Positions 9,019 through 16,966 of a stretch of DNA of 20,000 nucleotides are shown piece after piece. A program made the translations under genes and the position numbers. The DNA lies in IMG/VR virus record IMGVR_UViG_3300005617_000584, one strand, 5' to 3'. The stretch comes from an uncultured virus (IMG/VR IMGVR_UViG_3300005617_000584). Lineage: Duplodnaviria; Heunggongvirae; Uroviricota; Caudoviricetes. Within the stretch, counting starts at the first letter, position 1. Every line of letters begins with the position of its first letter. The notes below the pieces were generated by a model. The model saw only the letters and a list, made by a program, of their open reading frames with translations, did no database searches and had not been told where the DNA came from.

Positions 9019-9372
9019 ATGGCCTGGCGCTGGCCCCCACCCTCGAGACCTGACCTCACGGCGCATGAGCGTGCGGAAGTGTTTGCCTTGCTCGAGGACC
9101 GGGGTTGGGAGCCAGTGCAGGAGAAGACCCCGGCCTACAAGAAGGGGGACTATTTTTGCCGGGTGTGCATGTATGATAGTCGTCGCTATGGCCTTGATGC
9201 CATTTTCGTCGAGGCCTGGAAAATTATTACTCCTAAATGCTATCGGGCCATGATCGTCTTTCGGGATGGTCATACGCACGTGGTCCAGGTCAACATCAGT
9301 TCCAAGCGGCGGGATTTCGATCAGGTGATTCCGCTCGGCGTGGATCAGGTGAGCCACCTGAAGGAGTGGTAA
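9019..9372 (+). CDS. Hypothetical protein
   Basis: 117-aa ORF filling the gap; TAATG overlap with the next gene; CRVC motif. Confidence 0.6.
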   Translation: MAWRWPPPSRPDLTAHERAEVFALLEDRGWEPVQEKTPAYKKGDYFCRVCMYDSRRYGLDAIFVEAWKIITPKCYRAMIVFRDGHTHVVQVNISSKRRDFDQVIPLGVDQVSHLKEW

Positions 9373-9779
9373 TGGCCAAGCGTACCAAGCTCATCCGCCC
9401 CCCGGCTGATTTCCGTGCCGTGCAGCTCAAGGATTCGATCGGCCTGTACTTCACGGATCACGGTGGGGTGGAGCTCAAGATCATCCGGAAGCTCCGTGAT
9501 GGCAAGCTCGTCCATGCACGGGGCTGGTCGAATCCCAACGAGTATATCGTGGAGTTGTACACCCACACCTTCAAGACCTGGACATCCAGGCAGCGGGAAT
9601 GTCGCTGTGGGCGCAAGAAGTGTGAAGCGGAGTGGCAATCCTACTTCACGATCAAAAAGGACGATGTCTACGCGGTCCTGGTCGATTCGCTCTTGGCGCA
9701 TTTCAAGAATTTGACGACCAGTGCCCACCAGGCGGCGGCGATCCACCACTGGGCTCACGTCAACGCTCAACAAAAATAG
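9372..9779 (+). CDS. Hypothetical protein (CRCGRKKC motif)
   Basis: AAGGAG RBS and TAATG coupling place the start at 9372 rather than 9237. Confidence 0.65.
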   Translation: MAKRTKLIRPPADFRAVQLKDSIGLYFTDHGGVELKIIRKLRDGKLVHARGWSNPNEYIVELYTHTFKTWTSRQRECRCGRKKCEAEWQSYFTIKKDDVYAVLVDSLLAHFKNLTTSAHQAAAIHHWAHVNAQQK

Positions 9780-9789
9780 CGAGGACCAA

Positions 9790-10005
9790 TTGAAGAGGCT
9801 GAAGGAACTGATTGCTCATGTTATTCGTGTCAAGCCCGATACCCTCAAGCAGCAGTACGAGGCTTGGGAACTGAGTGGCCATGCACTCAGCCTCCAGGTC
9901 CAGGAATCCACGGATGTGGCGGAGGGCATGATCGAGGAGTGGACCTCGGAAGTGGTGCGCTACAAAAACATCAAACGGCAGCTTGATGCGAAATTGCGAG
10001 GATAA
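9790..10005 (+). CDS. Small helical hypothetical protein
   Basis: GAGGA at 9781-9785 then TTG 9790 (MKRLKELIAHV...); start uncertain. Confidence 0.5.
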   Translation: MKRLKELIAHVIRVKPDTLKQQYEAWELSGHALSLQVQESTDVAEGMIEEWTSEVVRYKNIKRQLDAKLRG

Positions 10006-10007
10006 CC

Positions 10008-10229
10008 ATGAACAATAAGAAGCTTCCAGCGGTGCTGCATGTGCGGTGGGAGACCGTGTACCAAGAATGTCTGCTCGCCTATGAGAACGCCGTTGATGCG
10101 GTCGAAGATGATGGTCCGACATTGGTCGGCGTGTACGAGTTTGTTCGCCAAGACAAACTCTCCAAGAAGCTGGAAGTGGAGATTTTGCGAACTGCTTCGC
10201 ACAAATCCACAAGTTCTAATCGCAAATAA
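10008..10229 (+). CDS. Hypothetical protein
   Basis: GAGGA RBS before ATG 10008; 73 aa. Confidence 0.6.
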   Translation: MNNKKLPAVLHVRWETVYQECLLAYENAVDAVEDDGPTLVGVYEFVRQDKLSKKLEVEILRTASHKSTSSNRK

Positions 10230-10233
10230 AGAC

Positions 10234-10263
10234 CTGACCTAGTGGAACTAAGCGGCGTATAAT
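10234..10263 (+). promoter_or_regulatory. Sigma70-like promoter
   Basis: Perfect -10 TATAAT at 10258-10263 in an AT-rich gap; CTGACC (4/6 match to TTGACA) at 10234-10239 with 18-nt spacer. Confidence 0.6.
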
Positions 10264-10268
10264 TAAGA

Positions 10269-10337
10269 GACGGCAGTGGAGGGCTGGTACTCCCGACTGG
10301 ACCCGGTAGTTAGGTGGTGTGAATCCACCCTGTCGTC
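10269..10337 (+). ncRNA. tRNA-like RNA or pseudo-tRNA with no assignable anticodon
   Basis: 8-bp closing stem GACGGCAG/CTGTCGTC; D-arm GGAG-GGCTGGTA-CTCC; T-arm GGTGG-TGTGAAT-CCACC stacked on the closing stem; anticodon arm irregular; no CCA. Confidence 0.65.
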
Positions 10338-10345
10338 GCTTTTTT
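10330..10345 (+). terminator. Possible intrinsic terminator/attenuator (closing stem plus T6)
   Basis: TTTTTT at 10340-10345 follows the closing stem by 2 nt. Confidence 0.35.
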
Positions 10346-10361
10346 AGAGGAGATCTGAGAG

Positions 10362-10565
10362 ATGTTTGAAATCAACGATGACGATGAAATCGAATTTCCG
10401 CCTGGTTCGCTAGACGAGCAAGACGAGCAAGAACTCCTCGCACTTGCGAATCAACCGCATAATGACGATACACACTCTGAACACGGTGACGATATCCACT
10501 GTAACGTGTGCTTTGCCCGCGCTGCGCTGGACATGCATTACGGTGTTGTAAGGGAGACTTCATGA
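10362..10565 (+). CDS. Small very acidic protein with His/Cys cluster (HSEH...IHCNVC)
   Basis: GAGGAG RBS; ATGA overlap with the protease start. Confidence 0.65.
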   Translation: MFEINDDDEIEFPPGSLDEQDEQELLALANQPHNDDTHSEHGDDIHCNVCFARAALDMHYGVVRETS

Positions 10566-12169
10566 AGGGCACGCTGACGGTGTTATTTCTTATGGCACTC
10601 CTTGGTCCCCCGCCGACGGTCAAGCCAGTGCTGGCGGCGCCGGTGGTGGTGCAGCAGAAGGCTTCGGCTGTCCTGATGGGCGTGGTCGAGGTCTTGCATT
10701 TTGATGATGGCAACGGCAAGGGGCACTACGAGTACTTCATTCATCCTGACGCTGGGGGCCGATTTCGGTTTCGAGTCGGCGCAGTGGATGAGCGGTTCCA
10801 GAACGGAGATCGCGTTCGGTATACCACAACCAAGAGTGCCAAGGGTGGCACGATCTGGACCGTGATTCCGATGGTGGCGCGCTCCGGATTGCAGCCCGCC
10901 CTCGTGAGCGGCATCCATAAATCGGTCATTCTCCTGATCGACTATACGGACAAGGACAACTTGATCCGGAGCCCTGCGAATGCGGCGGGTGTGGCGCGGG
11001 TGATCGAAGAATTCTATCGCAATGCGTCGTACGGGCTTCTCAGTATGCCGGTCGATATCGTGGGTCCCTACAAGATCGCCGCGTCCAGCAATGCGTGCGA
11101 CTACTACGGAAACGGGACCAAGGCGGATGCGCTGGCGCTCGCGGCGGGGGTGCCGCTTGGGCAGTACATGCACAAGATGTATGCGATGCCGAGTAGCGCA
11201 GCGTGTCCCTGGGCAGGCCTGGGGCAGGTCGGTGGTAATCCGACCAGCGCGTGGATCAATGGCACGATCGGCTACGTGCCAATCCCGCTCCATGAGTTTG
11301 GACACAACTTGGGCTGGTGGCATTCCCACTCCATGGAATGCGGAACGGTGCCGCTGAAGGCTTCTGGATGTTCACTGACGGAGTACGGCGATACCGCCGA
11401 CATCATGGGGATGGGGCAATCAGGCGCCGCACCCTATGGGTATCATCCGAATGCGGCTCAGAAGCGCTTGACGGGATGGTTACAGCCCCGTGATGTGGTG
11501 GCAGGGACGTTCGATCTGAAGCCGCTCGAGACGTCTCCTGATGCGTTGCGCGTTGTGACGACCTCGAGTGATGCCTTCTATGTCGAACACCGGGGCACGT
11601 TTGCAGGTTTTGGCCGTCCGCATGGTGTCCTGATTCATCTGCAGCGTCCCCAGAGCAGCACGAACGGCGTCTATCTGCTGGATATGACGCCAGGGATTGG
11701 GGCGATCTACGGGGATTCTGCGTTGCCCGTAGGCCAGTCGTGGACGGATCCGACCAGTAAGTTCACGGTGAAAGTGAATGCATCGTCGACGGCGGGCGCC
11801 AATGTCACGATCGGGAGCCAACCGCCCCCGCCCCCGCCCCCGCCGCCCCCGCCGCCGCCCCCGCCGCCCCCGCCTGGGACTGGAGATGTGTCGAAAACCT
11901 TCACTCGACTCAATAATCCAGCGCTGAGGTTCTACGTGGACGTGCCTGGGTATCGGTGCGATCGCATTGTGGGTGGGACGAGTCGCCTTCGAGTGTTTAA
12001 GGTGATCGGCGATCCCACGGCGGGACCGATCGTTGAAGTGCTCCTCAAGTACGTGTCAGTGATGAATCCGCAGCAGCCGTATGTGCCATTCACGATTCGC
12101 TGTAACTCGGCAGCGGGGACGGTCGATCTGTGGTTGGATGGAGTGCTCAAGCTCAGCGTACCTCGATGA
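10562..12169 (+). CDS. Secreted metzincin metalloprotease, peptidase M11 (gametolysin)-like, with Pro18 linker and unknown C-terminal domain
   Basis: GGGAG RBS, ATG 10562; hydrophobic signal MKGTLTVLFLMALLG; HEFGHNLGWWH (HExxHxxGxxH); EYGD...DIMG Met-turn; HPNAAQK...GWL. Confidence 0.85.
   Translation: MKGTLTVLFLMALLGPPPTVKPVLAAPVVVQQKASAVLMGVVEVLHFDDGNGKGHYEYFIHPDAGGRFRFRVGAVDERFQNGDRVRYTTTKSAKGGTIWTVIPMVARSGLQPALVSGIHKSVILLIDYTDKDNLIRSPANAAGVARVIEEFYRNASYGLLSMPVDIVGPYKIAASSNACDYYGNGTKADALALAAGVPLGQYMHKMYAMPSSAACPWAGLGQVGGNPTSAWINGTIGYVPIPLHEFGHNLGWWHSHSMECGTVPLKASGCSLTEYGDTADIMGMGQSGAAPYGYHPNAAQKRLTGWLQPRDVVAGTFDLKPLETSPDALRVVTTSSDAFYVEHRGTFAGFGRPHGVLIHLQRPQSSTNGVYLLDMTPGIGAIYGDSALPVGQSWTDPTSKFTVKVNASSTAGANVTIGSQPPPPPPPPPPPPPPPPPPGTGDVSKTFTRLNNPALRFYVDVPGYRCDRIVGGTSRLRVFKVIGDPTAGPIVEVLLKYVSVMNPQQPYVPFTIRCNSAAGTVDLWLDGVLKLSVPR
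11822..11875 (+). repeat. CCG/CCC low-complexity tract encoding 18 consecutive prolines
   Basis: 54 nt: 17 CCG/CCC codons followed by CCT. Confidence 0.95.
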
Positions 12170-13266
12170 AGCTCGCATTTCTTGGCGATCGACACATCGA
12201 TTCACGTAGTGAGCGGTTTCGGTACGCGCTCCAGCAATGGGATACCGCGATCCAGACCGCTATTGACCTTGGAGCGGAGGCGTTTGTGTGCCTCGGGGAT
12301 GTCTGCGAAGGCGACCCCGATGGCCCCGAGCGTCTGGCGTTGGCTGAACGCTACGAGCGCATGCTGGCCGTGGGACCCGTCTATGAAGTCCTGGGGAACC
12401 ACGAGGCCTATTCCGCCCTCGGATTTCTGAAATACATGGGCGTCCAGGTCGCCTGGAACGATTTCCTCCTCACGGAAGTCCCCGACTCATGTGTGTTGTT
12501 GCTCGTCCCTTATCCTCGGCGAGGCCGCGCGCCGTTCCAGAATCTGGGGGGCGATACGATTGAAGGCTCCATGGTCGCGGCCGCTGTTCGCATTGCCAAG
12601 CACGTTCAGGACGCTCGCGCGCTCGCCGATGCCAAGCATTTGCCGCTGATAGTCGGCGGGCATTTCACGATCGAGAGCATGCGCGTGTCGTCCTCGGATT
12701 TCGAGATCCATGTGGGCCGTGAGGTCATTGTGCCGATTGCCGCGTTGCAGAAAGCGGATCTCACCGTTACCGCCCATATTCACCGTGCCCAACACGTGAC
12801 ACCGAGAATCGTGGGTGTGGGGAGCCTCTACCACTGCAGCTTTGCGGAGGCGGACGAGAAGAAAGGCATCTTGCTCGTCGAAGCCCACGGGCAGGAAGGT
12901 ATTACCCATACTGCGGTGGAACTCATGGGTCGTGATCACCTTGATATCCGGCTCACGGGAGCGGAATTCAAGCTCCAGCACGCTCATGTGCAAATGCGCG
13001 TCACCGCCCGTACCGAGATCAAGCTCACGTTAGAGCTCGAGCCGGGCGATCCCTTCAACTACGAGCCCCTCCTACAGCCGATCCGTGATCTGGCGGCGTA
13101 TTGTGTGGTGAAGAAGGAGCGGAAACAGGTGCTGCGCCCCGTGCGGGCGCCTGAGATCGCGGCCGCCACGGATGTTCGTGAGCAGTTCAAGGTGTGGCTC
13201 GATGTTACTCACCAGCCGTCGTCAGACGGCATCTACCAGAAACTCGAGGAGATCACGGCGTCATGA
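12166..13266 (+). CDS. sbcD: SbcD/Mre11-like nuclease
   Basis: ATGA overlap; motifs GDRH, LGD, GNHE, GGHF, AHIH, GSL...SFAEADEKKG; SbcC partner downstream. Confidence 0.88.
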   Translation: MKLAFLGDRHIDSRSERFRYALQQWDTAIQTAIDLGAEAFVCLGDVCEGDPDGPERLALAERYERMLAVGPVYEVLGNHEAYSALGFLKYMGVQVAWNDFLLTEVPDSCVLLLVPYPRRGRAPFQNLGGDTIEGSMVAAAVRIAKHVQDARALADAKHLPLIVGGHFTIESMRVSSSDFEIHVGREVIVPIAALQKADLTVTAHIHRAQHVTPRIVGVGSLYHCSFAEADEKKGILLVEAHGQEGITHTAVELMGRDHLDIRLTGAEFKLQHAHVQMRVTARTEIKLTLELEPGDPFNYEPLLQPIRDLAAYCVVKKERKQVLRPVRAPEIAAATDVREQFKVWLDVTHQPSSDGIYQKLEEITAS

Positions 13267-13445
13267 GGCTGCCGAAGTCCTTTTGGGATCAGGAAGAACC
13301 CCCGAAGAAGAAGGAAAAGGGGCGGAGTGATGGAATGATGGCGGAAGACATCTGGATGGATTCCAATACGAAGCTCAAAAAGCATCGCAAGAAGCGTGAA
13401 CGAAGCAATGCGGTTGCCAAGGCCAGCAGGCGGGCGGCATGGTAA
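13263..13445 (+). CDS. Small basic hypothetical protein
   Basis: ATGA overlap with the sbcD stop; K/R-rich, ending KASRRAAW. Confidence 0.55.
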   Translation: MRLPKSFWDQEEPPKKKEKGRSDGMMAEDIWMDSNTKLKKHRKKRERSNAVAKASRRAAW

Positions 13446-13900
13446 AGCGCGGAGTGGAATGGTGGCATACGTGGTTCCTGGGGTTGGCGGAATACGTCGC
13501 GTCTGCGTCCAAGGATCCGTCGACCAAGGTGGGCGCGGTCGTGGTCGATGCCAACCGCCGTATCGCGTCCATGGGCTATAACGGATTCCCGAAGGGCGTG
13601 GAAGATAGCGATGCGCGCCTGGAGGTCCGTGAGACTAAGCTGAAGATGATCGTACACGCCGAGGTCAATGCGCTCATGTACATGGAGCGTGGGCAAGGGC
13701 TCGTGTTGTATACGTGGCCCTTGGCGCCGTGTTCGCAATGCGCGGCGTTGGTGATCCAGTCAGGCATCAGGGTGGTCGTGGCTCCCCCGCCATCGCCTGA
13801 ATTGGCCCAACGCTGGGGGGATGATATTCAACTCGCCAATGAGATGTTCGCTGAGGCGGGTGTCCTGACGTTGTCATTCGAGCCGTCACGTGACGTTTGA
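13439..13900 (+). CDS. dCMP deaminase
   Basis: SKDPSTKVGAV, GYNGFP, HAEVNA, PCSQCA zinc-deaminase motifs. Confidence 0.93.
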   Translation: MVKRGVEWWHTWFLGLAEYVASASKDPSTKVGAVVVDANRRIASMGYNGFPKGVEDSDARLEVRETKLKMIVHAEVNALMYMERGQGLVLYTWPLAPCSQCAALVIQSGIRVVVAPPPSPELAQRWGDDIQLANEMFAEAGVLTLSFEPSRDV

Positions 13901-14198
13901 CGATTTCGCTGACCGCACTCGCCGGTTTGACCGCTCGAATTCGGAAATGTGGTTTTACGCGCTTGGGCTGATGGGTGAGGCTGGTGAAGTGGCCGAAAAG
14001 GTCAAGAAGATCTATCGCGACAAGCTGCCAGTGGATAAGGTCGCGATAGCCCGTGAGATCGGGGACGTACTCTGGTACGCCGCCCGACTCGCGGACGTGC
14101 TCGGGGTGTCCTTCGATGAAGTCGCCCAGTTAAATATCACGAAGCTGGTCGACCGAGAGATGCGAGGCGTGTTGCACGGCAGTGGTGATAATCGCTAG
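13890..14198 (+). CDS. mazG: MazG-like nucleoside triphosphate pyrophosphohydrolase
   Basis: LGLMGEAGEVAEKVKK...EIGDVLWY...NITKL...GSGDNR. Confidence 0.9.
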   Translation: MTFDDFADRTRRFDRSNSEMWFYALGLMGEAGEVAEKVKKIYRDKLPVDKVAIAREIGDVLWYAARLADVLGVSFDEVAQLNITKLVDREMRGVLHGSGDNR

Positions 14199-14248
14199 TT
14201 CAAGAACCGTCTCGTAACCCTCTCTTTTCCAATAAGGATATCCAAAAA

Positions 14249-16195
14249 ATGGACGTAATGACCCGTGAAGAAATACCTGTCTCATTTGCTCTTCCGACCG
14301 ACTATCAAAGCTATATTTTCGTCTCCAAATACGCGCGGTGGAACGAAGAAGAGCAGCGCCGTGAGACCTGGCCTGAATGCATTTACCGTTACCTCACGTA
14401 CATGGTGGGCGCTGTCCATCGTGTGACCGGGGTCCAGGTTCCGATCGAGCTCCAGCGCGACCTCTATCGCGCCATGGTGGCGATGGAAGTGCTGCCCTCG
14501 ATGCGAGCGCTCGCCACCGCTGGCCCCGCCTTGGAACGGGACAACGTCGCCGCCTACAACTGCGCCTATCTCGAGGTGTCACATCCGCGTGCGTTCGATG
14601 AAGCCATGTACATCCTGATGTGTGGAACGGGGGTGGGATTTAGTGTTGAGAATGAAGCCGTCGCAAAACTCCCCAGGTTGCCCGCATGCCTCAAGGCTTC
14701 GGACGAAGTGATCATCGTGGAAGATTCTCGGATCGGGTGGGCCGATGCGTTTCGGCAGCTGATCGAGGCCCTGTATCTCGGCTACGCGCCCATGTGGGAC
14801 GTGAGCAAGCTGCGTCCCGCTGGCGCCGTCCTCAAAACGTTCGGAGGGCGGGCCTCGGGGCCGGAGCCGCTGGTGAACCTCTTCGAGCACACCACCAAGC
14901 TGTTTGCAGCAGGCGTAGCCAAAAAGGCGGAGCGCCTGACCCCGCTGCAATGCCACTCGATTATGACCATGGTTGGGCAAATCGTGGTGGCGGGGGGCGT
15001 GCGCCGTAGCGCGATGATCTCGCTCAGCGATCCGGATGATGTGGGGATGCAGCAAGCCAAATCGGGGCACTGGTGGAAGGACAATCCCCATTTCGCCCTC
15101 GCCAATAACAGTGCCGTTTGGGAGGATCGTCCGACCCCAGCCGCATTCTTGGATGAATGGTCGGCGCTGGTGCGGTCGGGGAGTGGGGAGCGGGGGATGC
15201 TGAATCGGGCCAGCGTCACCAAGCGCATCGAAAAGCACGGCCGCCGTAATCCTAACTTCCGGATGGGGGTCAATCCGTGCGCCGAGATCATCCTCCGGGA
15301 TCAGGAGTTCTGCAACCTCTCGGAAGTGATCATTCGCCCCGATGACACCGAAAAGGAGCTCACCCGCAAGGTTCAACTCGCCACGATCATCGGCACCTTT
15401 CAGTCCCTGTTGACCAATTTCGCGTATATCCGCCCACAGTGGCGGGAAAATTGCGAAGAGGAGCGGTTGCTGGGCGTCAGCCTCACCGGCATCATGGACC
15501 ATCACGTGCTGTCGCGGTCCTACATGGGCACCAAGGCCATGTTGGAGAAGCTGCGGAAGGAAGCCATCCACACCAACAAAAGCATCGCGTCGTGGCTAGG
15601 GATCAAGCAGTCGGTGGCGGTTACGACGGTGAAGCCGTCTGGCACCGTGAGCCAGCTGACCGATGTCGCCTCCGGGATTCACCCTCGATACGCCCCGTTC
15701 TATCTGCGGCGGGTCCGGTCCAATAAGGTCGAGCCCATCACGCAATTCCTGATTGACCAGGGCGTGCCGTATGAAGCCGACGTCATGAATCCGAGCGCCG
15801 TGGTGTTCACCTTTCCTCAGGCCGCCCCTGTGAATGCCATGATGCGTGAGCATCTGAGCGCCTTGGAGCATCTCGAGCTCGCGCAGCTGTATATGAACGC
15901 GTGGTGCGAGCACAACGTGAGCCTTACTGTGAGCGTGAAGCCTGACGAGTGGATCCCCGTGGGCTGCCACGTGTACGAGCATTTCGATGACATCACGTGC
16001 GCCGCCTTTTTGCCCTTTTCCGACCATACCTACGCCCAAAGCCCCTATGAGGAGTGTTCGCAGGACGCGTACGCGGCCGCTGTCTTGGCCATGCCGACTC
16101 GAATCGAATGGGAGCGGCTCAATGAGTATGAAACAGCCGATTTAACCTCATCGTTGCGGGAATTCGCCTGCGTAGGCGGGTCTTGCGAGATCTAA
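14249..16195 (+). CDS. nrdJ: Class II adenosylcobalamin-dependent ribonucleotide reductase (monomeric RTPR-like)
   Basis: PSMRAL, YNCAY, GTGVGFS, GGRASGPEPL, NPCAEI, FCNLSE, TVKPSGT, C-terminal CVGGSCEI; no small-subunit gene adjacent. Confidence 0.92.
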   Translation: MDVMTREEIPVSFALPTDYQSYIFVSKYARWNEEEQRRETWPECIYRYLTYMVGAVHRVTGVQVPIELQRDLYRAMVAMEVLPSMRALATAGPALERDNVAAYNCAYLEVSHPRAFDEAMYILMCGTGVGFSVENEAVAKLPRLPACLKASDEVIIVEDSRIGWADAFRQLIEALYLGYAPMWDVSKLRPAGAVLKTFGGRASGPEPLVNLFEHTTKLFAAGVAKKAERLTPLQCHSIMTMVGQIVVAGGVRRSAMISLSDPDDVGMQQAKSGHWWKDNPHFALANNSAVWEDRPTPAAFLDEWSALVRSGSGERGMLNRASVTKRIEKHGRRNPNFRMGVNPCAEIILRDQEFCNLSEVIIRPDDTEKELTRKVQLATIIGTFQSLLTNFAYIRPQWRENCEEERLLGVSLTGIMDHHVLSRSYMGTKAMLEKLRKEAIHTNKSIASWLGIKQSVAVTTVKPSGTVSQLTDVASGIHPRYAPFYLRRVRSNKVEPITQFLIDQGVPYEADVMNPSAVVFTFPQAAPVNAMMREHLSALEHLELAQLYMNAWCEHNVSLTVSVKPDEWIPVGCHVYEHFDDITCAAFLPFSDHTYAQSPYEECSQDAYAAAVLAMPTRIEWERLNEYETADLTSSLREFACVGGSCEI

Positions 16196-16205
16196 AGGAG
16201 ATTAC

Positions 16206-16709
16206 ATGCTGAGAGCATATCTAGCGGGGGCCATTCGAGATAACCAGAAGGAGGATATCGAGTGGCGTGAGATGATGATCGATACCCTCCATTCAGAGAT
16301 TGCGTTCCTGAATCCAGTTGGGGGGAAAACGTTCGACTCGACGACGCGTATTTGGACGATGTCTGGCGTTGTGTCGACGGCCAGCGCTATTGTCGCTCAT
16401 GATTTCTGGTGCGTTGACCGAGCAGATCTAGTTATTTTCAATTTTCGGGCACTTTCCCAGGGGTATCCATCTATTGGCACGCTGGTGGAGTTTGGCCATG
16501 CGACCGCGTGCAATCCACGCCCATTGATCTATTCGATTATCGAACCCGATTACATCGGGCATGGAAATCCGGGGAATTTCAAGCTGCATCCGTTTCTTGA
16601 GAAGAACAGTGCGATTGTGTTTCCCACAGTCGATGACTGTCTGAAGTTCTTGCAGCGTCATGTCGCTGTGCTGGATGGCCGCGCCCCGCATTTTGCAGGA
16701 GCCGCCTGA
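16206..16709 (+). CDS. Nucleoside 2-deoxyribosyltransferase-like / dNMP N-glycosidase family protein
   Basis: AYLAGAI, D...VDRADLVI, SIGTLVEFG motifs; AAGGAG RBS. Confidence 0.8.
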   Translation: MLRAYLAGAIRDNQKEDIEWREMMIDTLHSEIAFLNPVGGKTFDSTTRIWTMSGVVSTASAIVAHDFWCVDRADLVIFNFRALSQGYPSIGTLVEFGHATACNPRPLIYSIIEPDYIGHGNPGNFKLHPFLEKNSAIVFPTVDDCLKFLQRHVAVLDGRAPHFAGAA

Positions 16710-16966
16710 TGGCGCGATTCAGGAAATTGCCAGTCGTGATTGATGCATTTCATCTCGGCACCGACCCGATGCCGGATTGGTTTATGGACGAAGTCACCCG
16801 GGATCACGTGATCCTGCGGCTCGATCAGTCGATTGATATTCGGACACTCGAGGGGTGGCTGCACGGCACCGAGGGGGATTGGATCATCCGGGGCATTCAC
16901 CAGGAGATCTATCCATGCAAGCCCGAGATTTTCGCGGCGACCTATTCGGAGGTGACTGATGATTAG
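16709..16966 (+). CDS. Conserved small phage protein (RKxPVVIDA...TLEG...GDWII...YPCKPEIF family, PGDYG-like)
   Basis: Recognisable widespread phage motif set; TGATG overlap. Confidence 0.75.
   Translation: MARFRKLPVVIDAFHLGTDPMPDWFMDEVTRDHVILRLDQSIDIRTLEGWLHGTEGDWIIRGIHQEIYPCKPEIFAATYSEVTDD

Noticed and set aside
9721..9800. Programmed frameshift joining the 9372 and 9790 ORFs at CAACAAAAATAG
   Set aside because: No canonical slippery heptamer, and a GAGGA plus TTG start explains the downstream ORF.
10269..10337. tRNA-Sec, tRNA-Pyl, tRNA-His or tmRNA identity
   Set aside because: The 8/5 stem geometry is suggestive, but there is no UCA, CUA or GUG anticodon in a proper loop, no long variable arm, and no G3-U70 pair or tag reading frame.
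10413..10430. GACGAGCAA tandem duplication
   Set aside because: Two copies encoding DEQDEQ in an acidic protein; trivial.
3998..14198. Genome-wide TAG recoding (alternative genetic code)
   Set aside because: TAG ends the MazG-like gene at its conserved GSGDNR terminus and forms a coupled TAGTG junction at 6013-6017; genes are not fragmented under code 11.
14579..15571. 330-aa minus-strand ORF
   Set aside because: Antisense shadow of nrdJ.
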